A stretch of 64,000 nucleotides of DNA from a virus (lineage: Duplodnaviria > Heunggongvirae > Uroviricota > Caudoviricetes), in IMG/VR virus record IMGVR_UViG_3300014204_000132. One strand, 5' to 3'. The position numbers and the translations under genes are program-made. The notes under the pieces were generated by a model that saw nothing but the letters and a program-made list of their open reading frames with translations, was not told the DNA's origin and did not search any database. How positions within the stretch are numbered: the stretch's first letter is position 1; each line of letters opens with the position of its first letter. Below, piece by piece: positions 38,018 to 48,737 of the stretch.

Positions 38018-38369
38018 ATTTATCTATTTCAAAATAATTAGCAGTAATTTCTTCTCCTTTTTTAATATTATTATTTGCTATCATATCACCCTCTATGTTC
38101 GGATTAGAATTTGGGTTGTTACTATGGTTTGTAAATCTATCATTAACAGCAGATAATAAAAATATATCAGTCTGTGCATCTAAAAAAGCATATTTCTTTA
38201 TAAATTCCTTTTCAACATCATTCAACCTTTCAACTGTTTCTTCATCCAAGGTTATATCTATATATGAATTATATTTCCATATTACCGTACCTTCTAAAAT
38301 ATCTTCAACAGCAAACACTCCAAGGTTATCAATCTCACTTTTATCTATATAAGTTTTAACCAGTAACAT
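37995..38369 (-). CDS. minimal SET-domain protein lysine methyltransferase
   Basis: NLGVFAVEDILEGTVIW...NDRFTNHSNNPNSNPN...GEEITANY correspond to the GxG, RFINHSCxPN and EELTxxY SET signatures. 124 aa, the same size class as the minimal chlorovirus vSET. Confidence 0.6.
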   Translation of the reverse strand: MLLVKTYIDKSEIDNLGVFAVEDILEGTVIWKYNSYIDITLDEETVERLNDVEKEFIKKYAFLDAQTDIFLLSAVNDRFTNHSNNPNSNPNIEGDMIANNNIKKGEEITANYFEIDKFAGEKFS

Positions 38370-38609
38370 AATACTTTTTATTTTTATATATTATAGCATT
38401 GTGGGTATCAGTAAGTATTTTAAAAATAAAAATATTATTTAAATGTAACCTTCCCCACATTACTCTCGTAAAATCTACGATTCAAATATAATTTGAATAT
38501 TTCATTGAATATTTTTTGATTATTTTGAATATTTTTTTCGTAGGATTTTTTTTATAAAAATAAACCTATTATTTTTGACACATAATTACAAACTAAAAAT
38601 TATACGGAT

Positions 38610-40103
38610 ATGAAAACAACAAAAATTTATTTCTTAGCACTCGCAGTTCTGACTGCTTTCGTTCTGACCTTAACATCATGTGAGAAAGACGAAGAATTTC
38701 TTAATCCTGAACCTAAAATTGCTGATACTAATATTGTTATCAGCCAAAACGGTGATACACTTGTTAATGGTGATAGTAATAATGTCACTGATACCACTGT
38801 TGGTTATCATCGTGAATATGTTAATCAATTCGATTTAGCCAATGTATCTAAGTTGAAAGTTTTTTCGCAACCTGATGGTTTCGTTGATTCAATTTGGGTA
38901 TATGATGTTTATGGTGATACTACTTTTGTTGTACCTATGAGCAACAAAATCGAAATGCACGATGCAAATTTAAATTATGCCTTTTCGACTATTGAAAACA
39001 TGGAGCTTGTTAGCAACTTTCTTAAAATGACTGCCGATTTTGTAGTTAGTACATATTATCCTTCTTCTAATAATACAACTGGTATTCAGGAATACACAAT
39101 GAAGTCTGCTACTATTGCCGAAATGTCAACAGTAATGGTTAATAAAGAAGATGGTACTATTGAAACTATTGAAGAAACTCCTGTTACTGATGGTGCATAT
39201 GTTGTATTACCTAATAACGATTGGACTTGGGTTAATAACGCTGGTCTTACTGTTACTTTTAGTGACGAATCATCTTCTAAAACTGGTTCGGTTATTAATA
39301 TTAATAATGCTGAATTTGCTACAATGTTAGCTGATAATTATACCGACTTCTTTAATACAACTGGTTATGAAATATCAAGTCCTTCCAATTTCGCTTGTAC
39401 TAAAACTATTAAGTTATCAAACGGTGATGTGTATGGTTATATAACATTCATACCTAATAGTAATTTGGGTGCAACATCTTGGACTTTTGTAACAGTCGTT
39501 AAAATTATAAGTAGCGGTTCTTTCTCACTAAGTTATGTAAAAACATCTGCTAATTATTCTGATTTCAATAATTCTTTTAATCTTTTGATTAATGATAACA
39601 CGGCTTTAAGTGAATATGGTTATACACCTGATATGCGTTCTTTGATAAAAGGTAATAAAGTTATTTCTCAGATTAACACTGGTACACTTGATAGTTATGT
39701 TTGGATGAAAGGTTATATGTTTGCTCCATCATTCACTATGTATGATTTATCAACAAAAAACTTGAACGCTTTTACAAACCCATCAAACACTATCAGTGAT
39801 GGTTATAACAACCATAAACTTACTTCTAAGATGATTTTATTCGGTGACTACATTTATTATATAACTGAAGAAGATGGTTCTAATTATGTGACTAAAATTC
39901 AGATTAGTACTATCAATACAACAAGTCAGCTTAATGTTGTATCGGCTGGTTCAAAAATCATAACCACAGCTATCGAATCGATTTCGACTACTGAAAATGG
40001 TTACTTCATCCTGACAAACGGTACTACTAACTACTTCATATATGAAGATGGTCATATGACAACTGGAACTACTACACCTGCTGGTGATGTTATCAACTTC
40101 TAA
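38610..40103 (+). CDS. lipoprotein (signal peptide with lipobox LTSC)
   Basis: N-terminus MKTTKIYFLALAVLTAFVLTLTSCEKDEE is a bacterial type-II signal peptide with a lipobox Cys followed by acidic residues. 497 aa, Thr/Ser/Asn-rich. Confidence 0.6.
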   Translation: MKTTKIYFLALAVLTAFVLTLTSCEKDEEFLNPEPKIADTNIVISQNGDTLVNGDSNNVTDTTVGYHREYVNQFDLANVSKLKVFSQPDGFVDSIWVYDVYGDTTFVVPMSNKIEMHDANLNYAFSTIENMELVSNFLKMTADFVVSTYYPSSNNTTGIQEYTMKSATIAEMSTVMVNKEDGTIETIEETPVTDGAYVVLPNNDWTWVNNAGLTVTFSDESSSKTGSVININNAEFATMLADNYTDFFNTTGYEISSPSNFACTKTIKLSNGDVYGYITFIPNSNLGATSWTFVTVVKIISSGSFSLSYVKTSANYSDFNNSFNLLINDNTALSEYGYTPDMRSLIKGNKVISQINTGTLDSYVWMKGYMFAPSFTMYDLSTKNLNAFTNPSNTISDGYNNHKLTSKMILFGDYIYYITEEDGSNYVTKIQISTINTTSQLNVVSAGSKIITTAIESISTTENGYFILTNGTTNYFIYEDGHMTTGTTTPAGDVINF

Positions 40104-40126
40104 AAAAGAAGAAAATATTATAAAGG

Positions 40127-40160
40127 AAATCCCATCGAGAAATCGGTGGGATTTTTATTT
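40127..40160 (+). terminator. rho-independent terminator
   Basis: AAATCCCATCGagaaatCGGTGGGATTT followed by TTATTTT. Confidence 0.6.
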
Positions 40161-40301
40161 TGGAGTATTTATCAGCTATTCTTTTGTTTATGATAAACTA
40201 TTATAATATTGTTAATATAATCCTTGTTTTGATTGAGTTTTTGAATGGTTGTTGTTGTGGTTTGATAAATATTGATATTCATTAAACCCGTTTCTCAATT
40301 T

Positions 40302-41363
40302 TTAATGTTTTTCAATTAAATCAACGATTTCAGAATAAAAATTGTTTTTAATTGCTGAATTATAAGCACCACTATAATTATTAATAAAATCACTTCTCGA
40401 TTTACATAACAATGCAATTTCTTTACATTTTTCTTTTGTCCAATAACCGTTCGGGTTTCTTAAAATATTCATGTGTGAACATAAATTATCTAACCATTTA
40501 TTTTTTCGACACAACTTATAAGCAGTGTAAAAATTTTTACTAAATTCTTTTTTCGATTTACACAATAACACACTTTTTTCACACTGTTCATATGTCCAAT
40601 AACCATATGGTCTACTTTTGGTATTCATGTGTAAACATATTTCATTCATCCATTTATTAAAACGAGCAGAATTGTAAGCACTACTATATTTAATGTGAAA
40701 AGCTTTTCTTGATGAACAGGTTGAAGCAACCTTTTGACATCTTTCTTTTGTCCAATATTTATTAGAGCCTCCTAATGAACCAGCTTTTGCTTTATTTAAA
40801 ATATTCCAACCAGCCTGTTTATATTTATTAATAAAATATTCTTCTAATATTTGTGCTTCTTCTTTAACCACGTAATCTGATAATTGTTTACATATGGGAT
40901 TAATAATCATTTTTTTATATTTTAGTACTGGACTATTCTTATTATAGTTATGATAATTTGTTCTTTCTTCTAAATTCCCAGTTAATCCTATATATGCCGA
41001 ATTATCTTCAAATTCCCACACATATATACATCTAAAATATTTATTACCAATATTTTTCATATGGGAACATATCGTATTTAGCCACCCCTTTCTATATGCT
41101 GCATGATACGCACTGTTATATTTTATATAAAAATCACTTCTTGAATAACATAATAATGACACTTCTTGACATTTATCATAATTCCAGAAATTCTTTGGTT
41201 TATGTATCTTAAACATATGAATACATATAATATCTAACCAATTCTTATTTATTGCTTTATAATATGCACCAACATGTTTACTACATAATTCTGTTCTTGA
41301 ATCACATAATAATGCAACTTCTTTACACCTCTCAAAAGTCCAATATCCATTTTTATTTTTCAT
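40302..41363 (-). CDS. GIY-YIG nuclease with six repeated 45-aa modules
   Basis: Central FRCIYVWEFEDNSAYIGLTGNLEER (GIY-YIG). It is flanked by repeats of GYWT.E.C.E.A..C.SR..F...AY..A.KN.WL..IC.HM. Confidence 0.6.
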   Translation of the reverse strand: MKNKNGYWTFERCKEVALLCDSRTELCSKHVGAYYKAINKNWLDIICIHMFKIHKPKNFWNYDKCQEVSLLCYSRSDFYIKYNSAYHAAYRKGWLNTICSHMKNIGNKYFRCIYVWEFEDNSAYIGLTGNLEERTNYHNYNKNSPVLKYKKMIINPICKQLSDYVVKEEAQILEEYFINKYKQAGWNILNKAKAGSLGGSNKYWTKERCQKVASTCSSRKAFHIKYSSAYNSARFNKWMNEICLHMNTKSRPYGYWTYEQCEKSVLLCKSKKEFSKNFYTAYKLCRKNKWLDNLCSHMNILRNPNGYWTKEKCKEIALLCKSRSDFINNYSGAYNSAIKNNFYSEIVDLIEKH

Positions 41364-41458
41364 ATTTAAAATAAAAATTTTTATTTTTAATATATACCTA
41401 TAATTTTAATATATATCTAAACACAAATTTAGTGATTAAAAAATTATAATTTTATATT

Positions 41459-44400
41459 ATGAGTAACTTTCAGAAAAATTCTCTGGTTAGTTTCCTGGAA
41501 CAGGTTTCTCTACTTAATAAAAATTCAGTTGAGATAATAACAAAAATACAAGATGTAGTATCATCAGAAGCCTCGGCTGTGGAAGTTAATCTTACAAACG
41601 AAGCTGGTATAGAATCAACATTCAATATGCCCACTGTTGGTTTCCTAAAAAAGGAAATTGATATAGCAAATAATAATATTAAACGTCTTTCTCAATTTCA
41701 AGATAAGACCACTTATATGATTGATGGCGAATCAACCAAGAAAGTATATCAAGTTGATTTAAATAGAGAACCAAATTCGATATCTAAATTAAATGTGGTT
41801 AGTCAGTTTGTTCCAGTTAATAACTGGTTCTTTGAATCATTAATGAGTCCTCTATTAAGTGTGGAAATAGATTTAACGGAGTTGGTTGAGCCAGATGTTT
41901 CAAAGGTATTATCAAGAAGATATATTGTTAGATTTACAAAAGATGCTGATGGTGCATTAACAGCTAAAGGTCAAGCATCATTGGATGATTTACGTTCCAT
42001 TTTTCTTGGAAGAAATGATATTGATATACATGAATTTTTAGATTGGTATAATAATCCAACTAATACTGGTGTATTGAATAATGATATGAATGATATTAAT
42101 GATTATGATGAAGAAATATTTGAGTTCGATTATAATACATTAACAAGTTTTGGTTTATTTTCTGTACTTAAACAAGAAAAAGATACTCTTAATAATAAAT
42201 TATGGTATCATTTGAATACATTGACTTATTATGATACAGACGGTAATCCTAAAACACTGGCAATAGGTGATGAACTTATTTTAAATAAAGAATCTTCAAC
42301 TACTCGTTATAAAGTGCATGAAGTTAATATAGCTGCTTCGAATTATAGAGTAATTTTAGAAAGGGTGGAAGGATACGACCCAGTTGTAACTGGTATAAAC
42401 ACACTTAAATATTATAGTGGTGTGCTTCTTGATAAAAAAACTAAAGTGACAATCGGTTTTGATGAGTATAACGTCATATTCCTTAAACCTATTAACGGTT
42501 CTAATAACGTTATTTCATCGTTATGGTCAAAAGGTTCGTGTTTCTATTCAAATGAATTAAAATTAAGTACAGACTCTAATATAACTCTTTCTGAGTATTA
42601 TTTGGATACTGTATTCGATTATGGTACTTTATTAAAAGACCTTGTTAAAAAAAATATACCTTCAGATGTTGGATTAGTTCCTAATGTACCAGAATTAAAT
42701 TCTAATAACTTCAAGGTTGTTCAGATAAATAAACACTTAACTGAAACAGAAGATATTAAAAAAATAAAAGATTTACATTCTCAAAAGAATAAATCTAAAG
42801 CAAGGGTAAATCAATTAAGTGATGCTATAATATTAAAAAACACGGAATTGAAAACTAAACAATTCAAATCTGTTGCTGAAAGGTCACAGAGTGAAAATGA
42901 ATTAAACAAGTTAAATAAACAATTAGATAGTGAAACAAAGACTTTAAATTCTATAACAACACAAATTACAAGTAGTAATGCAACAAACGCTAAAGTAGAA
43001 CCTAAATATCGTTTACGTGGATTTTGGGATATACCAGAAGCAAGACAAGTTGAAGGATATCGTGACCAAGAAGTAGTTCAATTCAAATTAGAATATAGAT
43101 ATTCATCTAAATCTGGTAAAGAAAATACAACCGAGGGATATAGCTTAGTTTCAAATGCAGCAAAAACTGGATATTTTTCTAACTGGAATTCATTAACAAC
43201 GGATGCAAGAAAACGTTATTATGATGAAACAACACAAGAATGGAAATGGAAAATAGAAGATGTTTCAGATGCTGATACACCTAATATTAATCAATTGGAT
43301 ATTTCTGTTACTGCTGGTGAAAAAGTAGAAATAAGAATAAAATCTATATCCGAAGTTGGTTGGCCTAATGCACCACTTGAAAGTGATTGGTCAGAAATTT
43401 TAGCTTATGATTTTCCAGATGAATTATCAATAGTTTCGGATAATGAATTTATTTTAAAACAAGCATCTGATGACGAACTTAAAATTAATTTTGAAACATC
43501 ACTGGATGCCAAAGGTTATACAAAACATATAAGTGAATCTTTTTATGTTAATGAAAAATATTATGCTCATACAGATGACACAATTCAAACTTCTTATGCG
43601 GATAGTACAGGAAATTCATTGTCGCTAAAAGAATATTTGGCAATCCTTACTAATAAAATTAATTCTCTTGAAGAACTTGTTAAACGTTCTAAAGGTGAAC
43701 TTCAGGTATTACTTTTCAGAAATACAGATGAAATAGCCATTAGTAATGGTGCTACTATAAATCAAGTTGTTGAGTGTGAAGATTATGGTACAAAGAGTGG
43801 TACAACAGGTAGAATTTATAAAAATGATATTTATTTAATATCAAGTTATTATATCAGAATAGATAATATAGCGAATGAAAATTCATTAGGATTATTATCA
43901 GATAGAACTTTTTCGATATTGAGTTCAACAAATGGTAATTCATTTTACCAAACAGACCATGCTGTTGGAATAGTTGATAAAAATAATATCTTTTATAAAC
44001 AACAGAGTAATCAATTTATATGGTTTTCAGATACAGATACTGGTATAAGAATTTATAATAATACAAATTCTTTAGTTGGTGCATTTATGTTACCCCTCGT
44101 TCCACCTGCGTTGTCAGACCCATCTCACAATGTTGGATTAAAAGCGTCTCCAACAGGGTATACAAACGGAACATGGGATATTATAGATGGAATAAATTGG
44201 GCGCATTCATCTTATACTGGATTCTTTTTATCAACGGTTCATCCTTTAGTGACAAATATAAGTGATTTACAGGAGACTGGTCAAGAAAAAACTAAATATT
44301 TAGCACCAAGTGAATCTATTACAATACCTATTAATATTTATTTCAAATTTCAAGGTACTGGAACTACAACTGGAGATTTTTCAAACCCAACAGTAACTAA

Positions 44401-44530
44401 TGATTTGTTGACACACACCAAGAAATTAAGAGTGTTCATTGAACCCACAAATTCTAACAGACCATTTGAATTTACAATAATGTTTAAATTAAGACCATTT
44501 AAAAAGGTTAATGTAACATCTGGTATATAG
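41459..44530 (+). CDS. large hypothetical protein (probable virion/baseplate component)
   Basis: 1023 aa with an internal coiled-coil. First of three co-linear large genes followed by a strong terminator. Confidence 0.5.
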   Translation: MSNFQKNSLVSFLEQVSLLNKNSVEIITKIQDVVSSEASAVEVNLTNEAGIESTFNMPTVGFLKKEIDIANNNIKRLSQFQDKTTYMIDGESTKKVYQVDLNREPNSISKLNVVSQFVPVNNWFFESLMSPLLSVEIDLTELVEPDVSKVLSRRYIVRFTKDADGALTAKGQASLDDLRSIFLGRNDIDIHEFLDWYNNPTNTGVLNNDMNDINDYDEEIFEFDYNTLTSFGLFSVLKQEKDTLNNKLWYHLNTLTYYDTDGNPKTLAIGDELILNKESSTTRYKVHEVNIAASNYRVILERVEGYDPVVTGINTLKYYSGVLLDKKTKVTIGFDEYNVIFLKPINGSNNVISSLWSKGSCFYSNELKLSTDSNITLSEYYLDTVFDYGTLLKDLVKKNIPSDVGLVPNVPELNSNNFKVVQINKHLTETEDIKKIKDLHSQKNKSKARVNQLSDAIILKNTELKTKQFKSVAERSQSENELNKLNKQLDSETKTLNSITTQITSSNATNAKVEPKYRLRGFWDIPEARQVEGYRDQEVVQFKLEYRYSSKSGKENTTEGYSLVSNAAKTGYFSNWNSLTTDARKRYYDETTQEWKWKIEDVSDADTPNINQLDISVTAGEKVEIRIKSISEVGWPNAPLESDWSEILAYDFPDELSIVSDNEFILKQASDDELKINFETSLDAKGYTKHISESFYVNEKYYAHTDDTIQTSYADSTGNSLSLKEYLAILTNKINSLEELVKRSKGELQVLLFRNTDEIAISNGATINQVVECEDYGTKSGTTGRIYKNDIYLISSYYIRIDNIANENSLGLLSDRTFSILSSTNGNSFYQTDHAVGIVDKNNIFYKQQSNQFIWFSDTDTGIRIYNNTNSLVGAFMLPLVPPALSDPSHNVGLKASPTGYTNGTWDIIDGINWAHSSYTGFFLSTVHPLVTNISDLQETGQEKTKYLAPSESITIPINIYFKFQGTGTTTGDFSNPTVTNDLLTHTKKLRVFIEPTNSNRPFEFTIMFKLRPFKKVNVTSGI

Positions 44531-44549
44531 TGATAAATAACAAAAAATA

Positions 44550-44586
44550 ACAAATCCTCTAATTTTTTAGGGGATTTGTTATTTAT
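44550..44586 (+). terminator. rho-independent terminator
   Basis: AACAAATCCTCTAAttttTTAGGGGATTTGTT hairpin followed by an AT-rich tract. Confidence 0.6.
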
Positions 44587-44616
44587 AATATATAATTGAA
44601 ATATCTATAAAATAAA

Positions 44617-45315
44617 ATGTTATCATTTGAAAATTTCCTGTTAAGACAGAACGAAGGTTTAATAACAACATATCCAATAGATAAAGCTATTGATACGTTA
44701 AATAATAAATTAATGTATTTACCATTTTGGTATAATATTAAAAAAGATAATGATAGTGTATTTCTCCTAACAGTGGTAGGTGTTTTAAATATAAACCAAA
44801 TAGAAAGTATTTTTGATTTGGTCAACAATTTACTTGGTTATTATTGCTCATTTATAAAATATTATAAAACAAATATTAACAGGGGATATCCATTTATTAA
44901 TATTGAGGATTATATTTTAAAATCAAAAAACTGTAAAAAAATAGATTTTATATTTGAAGCTAAGTTCGATAAAATATTAGGTTATAAACCAGATATTGTT
45001 TATCATGTAACAGATGAGGCGAATTTAGATAATATTAAAAAAGTTGGTATAATACCGAAATCTAAGAACAAAAAATCATTTCATTTAGAGAGAATATATA
45101 TAACTTTAAATAAAGGGGGTGCAGAAAATTTTATAAAAAATTTATCATTTAATGATAATTTATTAGGCATAACTAAATATTATAAATTTTTAGAAATAAA
45201 TATTACAGATAAATTTTATAAAGACATGAAAATTTATAAAGACCCAAACATGAAAGGTGGGTATTATATTTATAATAATATACGACCACAAGACATTAAA
45301 ATAATTGATGGTTAA
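44617..45315 (+). CDS. hypothetical protein (N-terminus MLSFENFLL, CTS-like)
   Basis: 232-aa ORF. Confidence 0.45.
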   Translation: MLSFENFLLRQNEGLITTYPIDKAIDTLNNKLMYLPFWYNIKKDNDSVFLLTVVGVLNINQIESIFDLVNNLLGYYCSFIKYYKTNINRGYPFINIEDYILKSKNCKKIDFIFEAKFDKILGYKPDIVYHVTDEANLDNIKKVGIIPKSKNKKSFHLERIYITLNKGGAENFIKNLSFNDNLLGITKYYKFLEINITDKFYKDMKIYKDPNMKGGYYIYNNIRPQDIKIIDG

Positions 45316-45359
45316 AAATTTTAATATATAATGTTATCTAAAAATAAAGATATGTTAAA

Positions 45360-48300
45360 TTGATAAATAAAAGTTTCCAATTATTAAAGACTAATCCAGC
45401 ATTAACATCAAATGTTAAGGTAGTTGTTACATCCGATTATAGACTTTATTTTGAGTCTATAAATTCGAATAAGGAATTGGGTGCAACAAAGTATAAACAT
45501 TTTGGTTTGTCAAAGAATTCTTTGATTGAAGATAAGATAAATGAGTTTTATGATGGGTTATCATCGAATTTAGCTTTTGAAGTTAAGTTTGATAATGATG
45601 AAGATATTATGTATAATGATTTTGGAAATCAAATCGATGATACTTATCTATCTGGTGCAAAAAATATTGAAGACCAATGGTATAATGAAGAATTCGAGTA
45701 TTTCGCTCCATTATTTGTAAGAAAAACTGATTTGCCTGATAATTTCATTATAATGAGAGTTGATGAACCTGCCGTTTATAAATTAGAAAATGATAAATAT
45801 CGTATTCAAGGATTAACTAAAGAAAATTTCAGAACTGAAATACTTGATAAGTGGAAATGTATATCAATATTTGATATGCAAAAAACGTCAGACTTGGGTG
45901 TGTTTTTAGCAAATAATATAACCGAAAACCCAAGATTTCCAATCAAATCATTTGAATTAGATATAAAGAAGTTTAACTTTTCGAGGTGGTTCGGATATGA
46001 TTATGATACTGGTATTTTCACAGAAAAGGAATTAATACTTGATGATAAATTATATTTTGAAACACCAGATTTTAAATTAGAAAGCTTTATTACAAATGGT
46101 TTTAAAAATAATAATTTAATTTATCCACACATTTTAAATTTAAAATTTTTATTTGATGATACCCCAGCCACACCAGATACTATTAAAAAGTGGTCAATGA
46201 ATAGATATTATGGTTTCTACCTTGAAAGTATGGAGAAAATGGAAAAATTAACATCATATGTAACACCAACTATTAGAACTGATGTTAAATTAATAAATAA
46301 TATTTTTATTAAAAATGACACAATTATTAGTGTGAATCCATTTGACGATTGGGACGAAAAATTATCATATTATATTTACGTTAATAATGATTTACATAGA
46401 GTTAAAAGAACATTAGAAAATAGTGTTTATGTTTATAAGGTTATAAGTGATGTAAAACTGGACGATATTTTTGATACATTACAAGTTAACATCAACACTA
46501 TTACTATAAATTATAATGATATTGACGGGAGAAGTTATATCAATAGTACATCAGGTAATTTAATAATAAATTCTTATATTGATGGTAGTGGTCGCACTAA
46601 TAGTATGGATGGTGATTTATTTTTAATTGAAATTAATGGAAAATTTCATGTATTAAAAAATATACAAACATTAGTTGGTAGTACATATGTAAACAACTAT
46701 TACATTCAAACAGATTATGCTATTAATTCATCAAAATTATTTTTAGAATATTGGATTGGTGGTAAAACCAGTGAATATTATAAGAGAATGAATATCATGG
46801 ATTCAAACCCAGATACCTCACCTTTAACATATCAAATATATAGAATTAGGTTTTCGGATATAAAAGACTTTGATTTTGATAGGGTTCATACACACTTTTC
46901 TGATTTTGATTATGAAAAATCTTTTTATCATAAAACAAATGAAATCAAACTCTATGCAACTGAATATAGAGATATAATTGACCCTAAAGAATATAAATTA
47001 CATGAGTATGGGGAAGATGGTCAATATCAAATAAAAAATGTGTCATCTGAATATATTGCGACAGATGAATTATTTGTAATATCAGCAAATCATAAAGAAT
47101 TAGGTGATATATGGAGAAAAAATCAATCTGTATGTAAATGGGGTTATGAAGGTTCTAATAGTCATTGTGATTATCCTTATAAATTAAATAACTCTTTAAG
47201 GACAGGTTCTGTTTTTAATAGAACAGTTAATCCCTTTAAATTTGAACCTGATGAGGTTAATAAAACACACGATTATTTTTATAGAGTAGGTAATTTTAAC
47301 TCGTCATCTACATATACAAGTTCTGTAACACCTGTTTATTATTATAAACAAACTACTAATATAACAACAGATTTATTAGACCAAACATTTAGTTCTAAAT
47401 TTAATCTGGATTTATATTTAAATTCTGATATGGACTACTTTATGTATTTCTTTAAAAATAAAGAGAGATATTACGATTTTGGTAAAACATATGAAAGAAT
47501 GTATGAAAAATATTCCATAATAAATAGTGGTGATAGGTATCAGAATTCAAGCGTATTATTTAAAGGTTTGAAGTTTAATATTTTTGGTGTTACAGATTTT
47601 CAATTGAGTGATAATAATTTAATACAAGAAGTTTTAATCGATGAAACAAAAAAATATAATGATTACAAATTTTCCATTTTATTATCAGAGTATTATAGAA
47701 GATTTTCCAGTGCTGGTAATTTAATTCAAGAAGAAACAAGGGGGTTACAAAATAATAGTGTTATCGATGTTACTAAGAATGGTATTCATATTTTTGTGAA
47801 CGATAAACATAAAAACATTTTAATTATAATAAATATTGTTGTTCCGATACTTAATACTATTGGAGATTTCAATAATTTAAATTATTTATTAAATGAAAAA
47901 TATGGATTGTATTATGCAAAACAAATTAATGGTTATAGGATAGATAATTTTTCAGCATCTCTTACTAATCGTTATCAACCAACAATGTTAACGGCTAATA
48001 ATTTTAGTTCGGCCTTAAATAATATGAATGATAAATGTCAATTTGAGAATTATATAAATTATTATTATATAAATAGTGATGGTATGTCTGGTAAAACCAT
48101 GATTACCGATTATAATAATTCTACATTAAGTAGTGTCACTGGATGGCTGAAAAAAGTACCACCTGTTATTATAAATGTTGAATTTCCAACTGAATTAGTT
48201 TTGAAAAAGGATTCTTATAAATATGTTGGATATTTTGGCCCAGACCACAATATATATAATAGTTACAATAGTGCGAATCCAGCTTTGGCCGTTAAAAGAA

Positions 48301-48728
48301 GTAGTCAAATTGACGATTATTTGGCAAGAAGAATATTAATAAACGAGGTCGAAATTAAACCAAGACCACAAGTTCATCAAGAAGAATTAATTTATAATTA
48401 TTCTATTTATAGATACAGTGGTTCGTATGAACCCATATTTAAAACTATTGAATTGTTTAATCCTTATGTAATAGTTTCTGGCACGACATATTATAGACCA
48501 TGTGGTTATTATTTTAATGATAGTTATACTCGATTTGGTATGGTCGATGAGGTTATGTATTCTAAAGTAAATAGAAGGGGAAATATTTTAATGCTTAGAA
48601 ATGCTGCGAATGATAAATCTATTTATCCAATGGTTGATGAATTTGGGTATCAATATCGTGATGGTTTTATATTTAAATCGGGTTGGGATGATGAGATATT
48701 TATCGAAACTGATTATCCAATAATATAA
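45360..48728 (+). CDS. large hypothetical protein (probable structural)
   Basis: 1122 aa, Asn/Tyr-rich. Confidence 0.5.
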   Translation: MINKSFQLLKTNPALTSNVKVVVTSDYRLYFESINSNKELGATKYKHFGLSKNSLIEDKINEFYDGLSSNLAFEVKFDNDEDIMYNDFGNQIDDTYLSGAKNIEDQWYNEEFEYFAPLFVRKTDLPDNFIIMRVDEPAVYKLENDKYRIQGLTKENFRTEILDKWKCISIFDMQKTSDLGVFLANNITENPRFPIKSFELDIKKFNFSRWFGYDYDTGIFTEKELILDDKLYFETPDFKLESFITNGFKNNNLIYPHILNLKFLFDDTPATPDTIKKWSMNRYYGFYLESMEKMEKLTSYVTPTIRTDVKLINNIFIKNDTIISVNPFDDWDEKLSYYIYVNNDLHRVKRTLENSVYVYKVISDVKLDDIFDTLQVNINTITINYNDIDGRSYINSTSGNLIINSYIDGSGRTNSMDGDLFLIEINGKFHVLKNIQTLVGSTYVNNYYIQTDYAINSSKLFLEYWIGGKTSEYYKRMNIMDSNPDTSPLTYQIYRIRFSDIKDFDFDRVHTHFSDFDYEKSFYHKTNEIKLYATEYRDIIDPKEYKLHEYGEDGQYQIKNVSSEYIATDELFVISANHKELGDIWRKNQSVCKWGYEGSNSHCDYPYKLNNSLRTGSVFNRTVNPFKFEPDEVNKTHDYFYRVGNFNSSSTYTSSVTPVYYYKQTTNITTDLLDQTFSSKFNLDLYLNSDMDYFMYFFKNKERYYDFGKTYERMYEKYSIINSGDRYQNSSVLFKGLKFNIFGVTDFQLSDNNLIQEVLIDETKKYNDYKFSILLSEYYRRFSSAGNLIQEETRGLQNNSVIDVTKNGIHIFVNDKHKNILIIINIVVPILNTIGDFNNLNYLLNEKYGLYYAKQINGYRIDNFSASLTNRYQPTMLTANNFSSALNNMNDKCQFENYINYYYINSDGMSGKTMITDYNNSTLSSVTGWLKKVPPVIINVEFPTELVLKKDSYKYVGYFGPDHNIYNSYNSANPALAVKRSSQIDDYLARRILINEVEIKPRPQVHQEELIYNYSIYRYSGSYEPIFKTIELFNPYVIVSGTTYYRPCGYYFNDSYTRFGMVDEVMYSKVNRRGNILMLRNAANDKSIYPMVDEFGYQYRDGFIFKSGWDDEIFIETDYPII

Positions 48729-48737
48729 TTTTTTATT

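Noticed and set aside
44350-44828. Minus-strand ORFs 44350..44553 and 44583..44828
   Set aside because: They overlap the 3' end of the 1023-aa gene, the terminator hairpin and the start of 44617..45315. Their products are junk-like.
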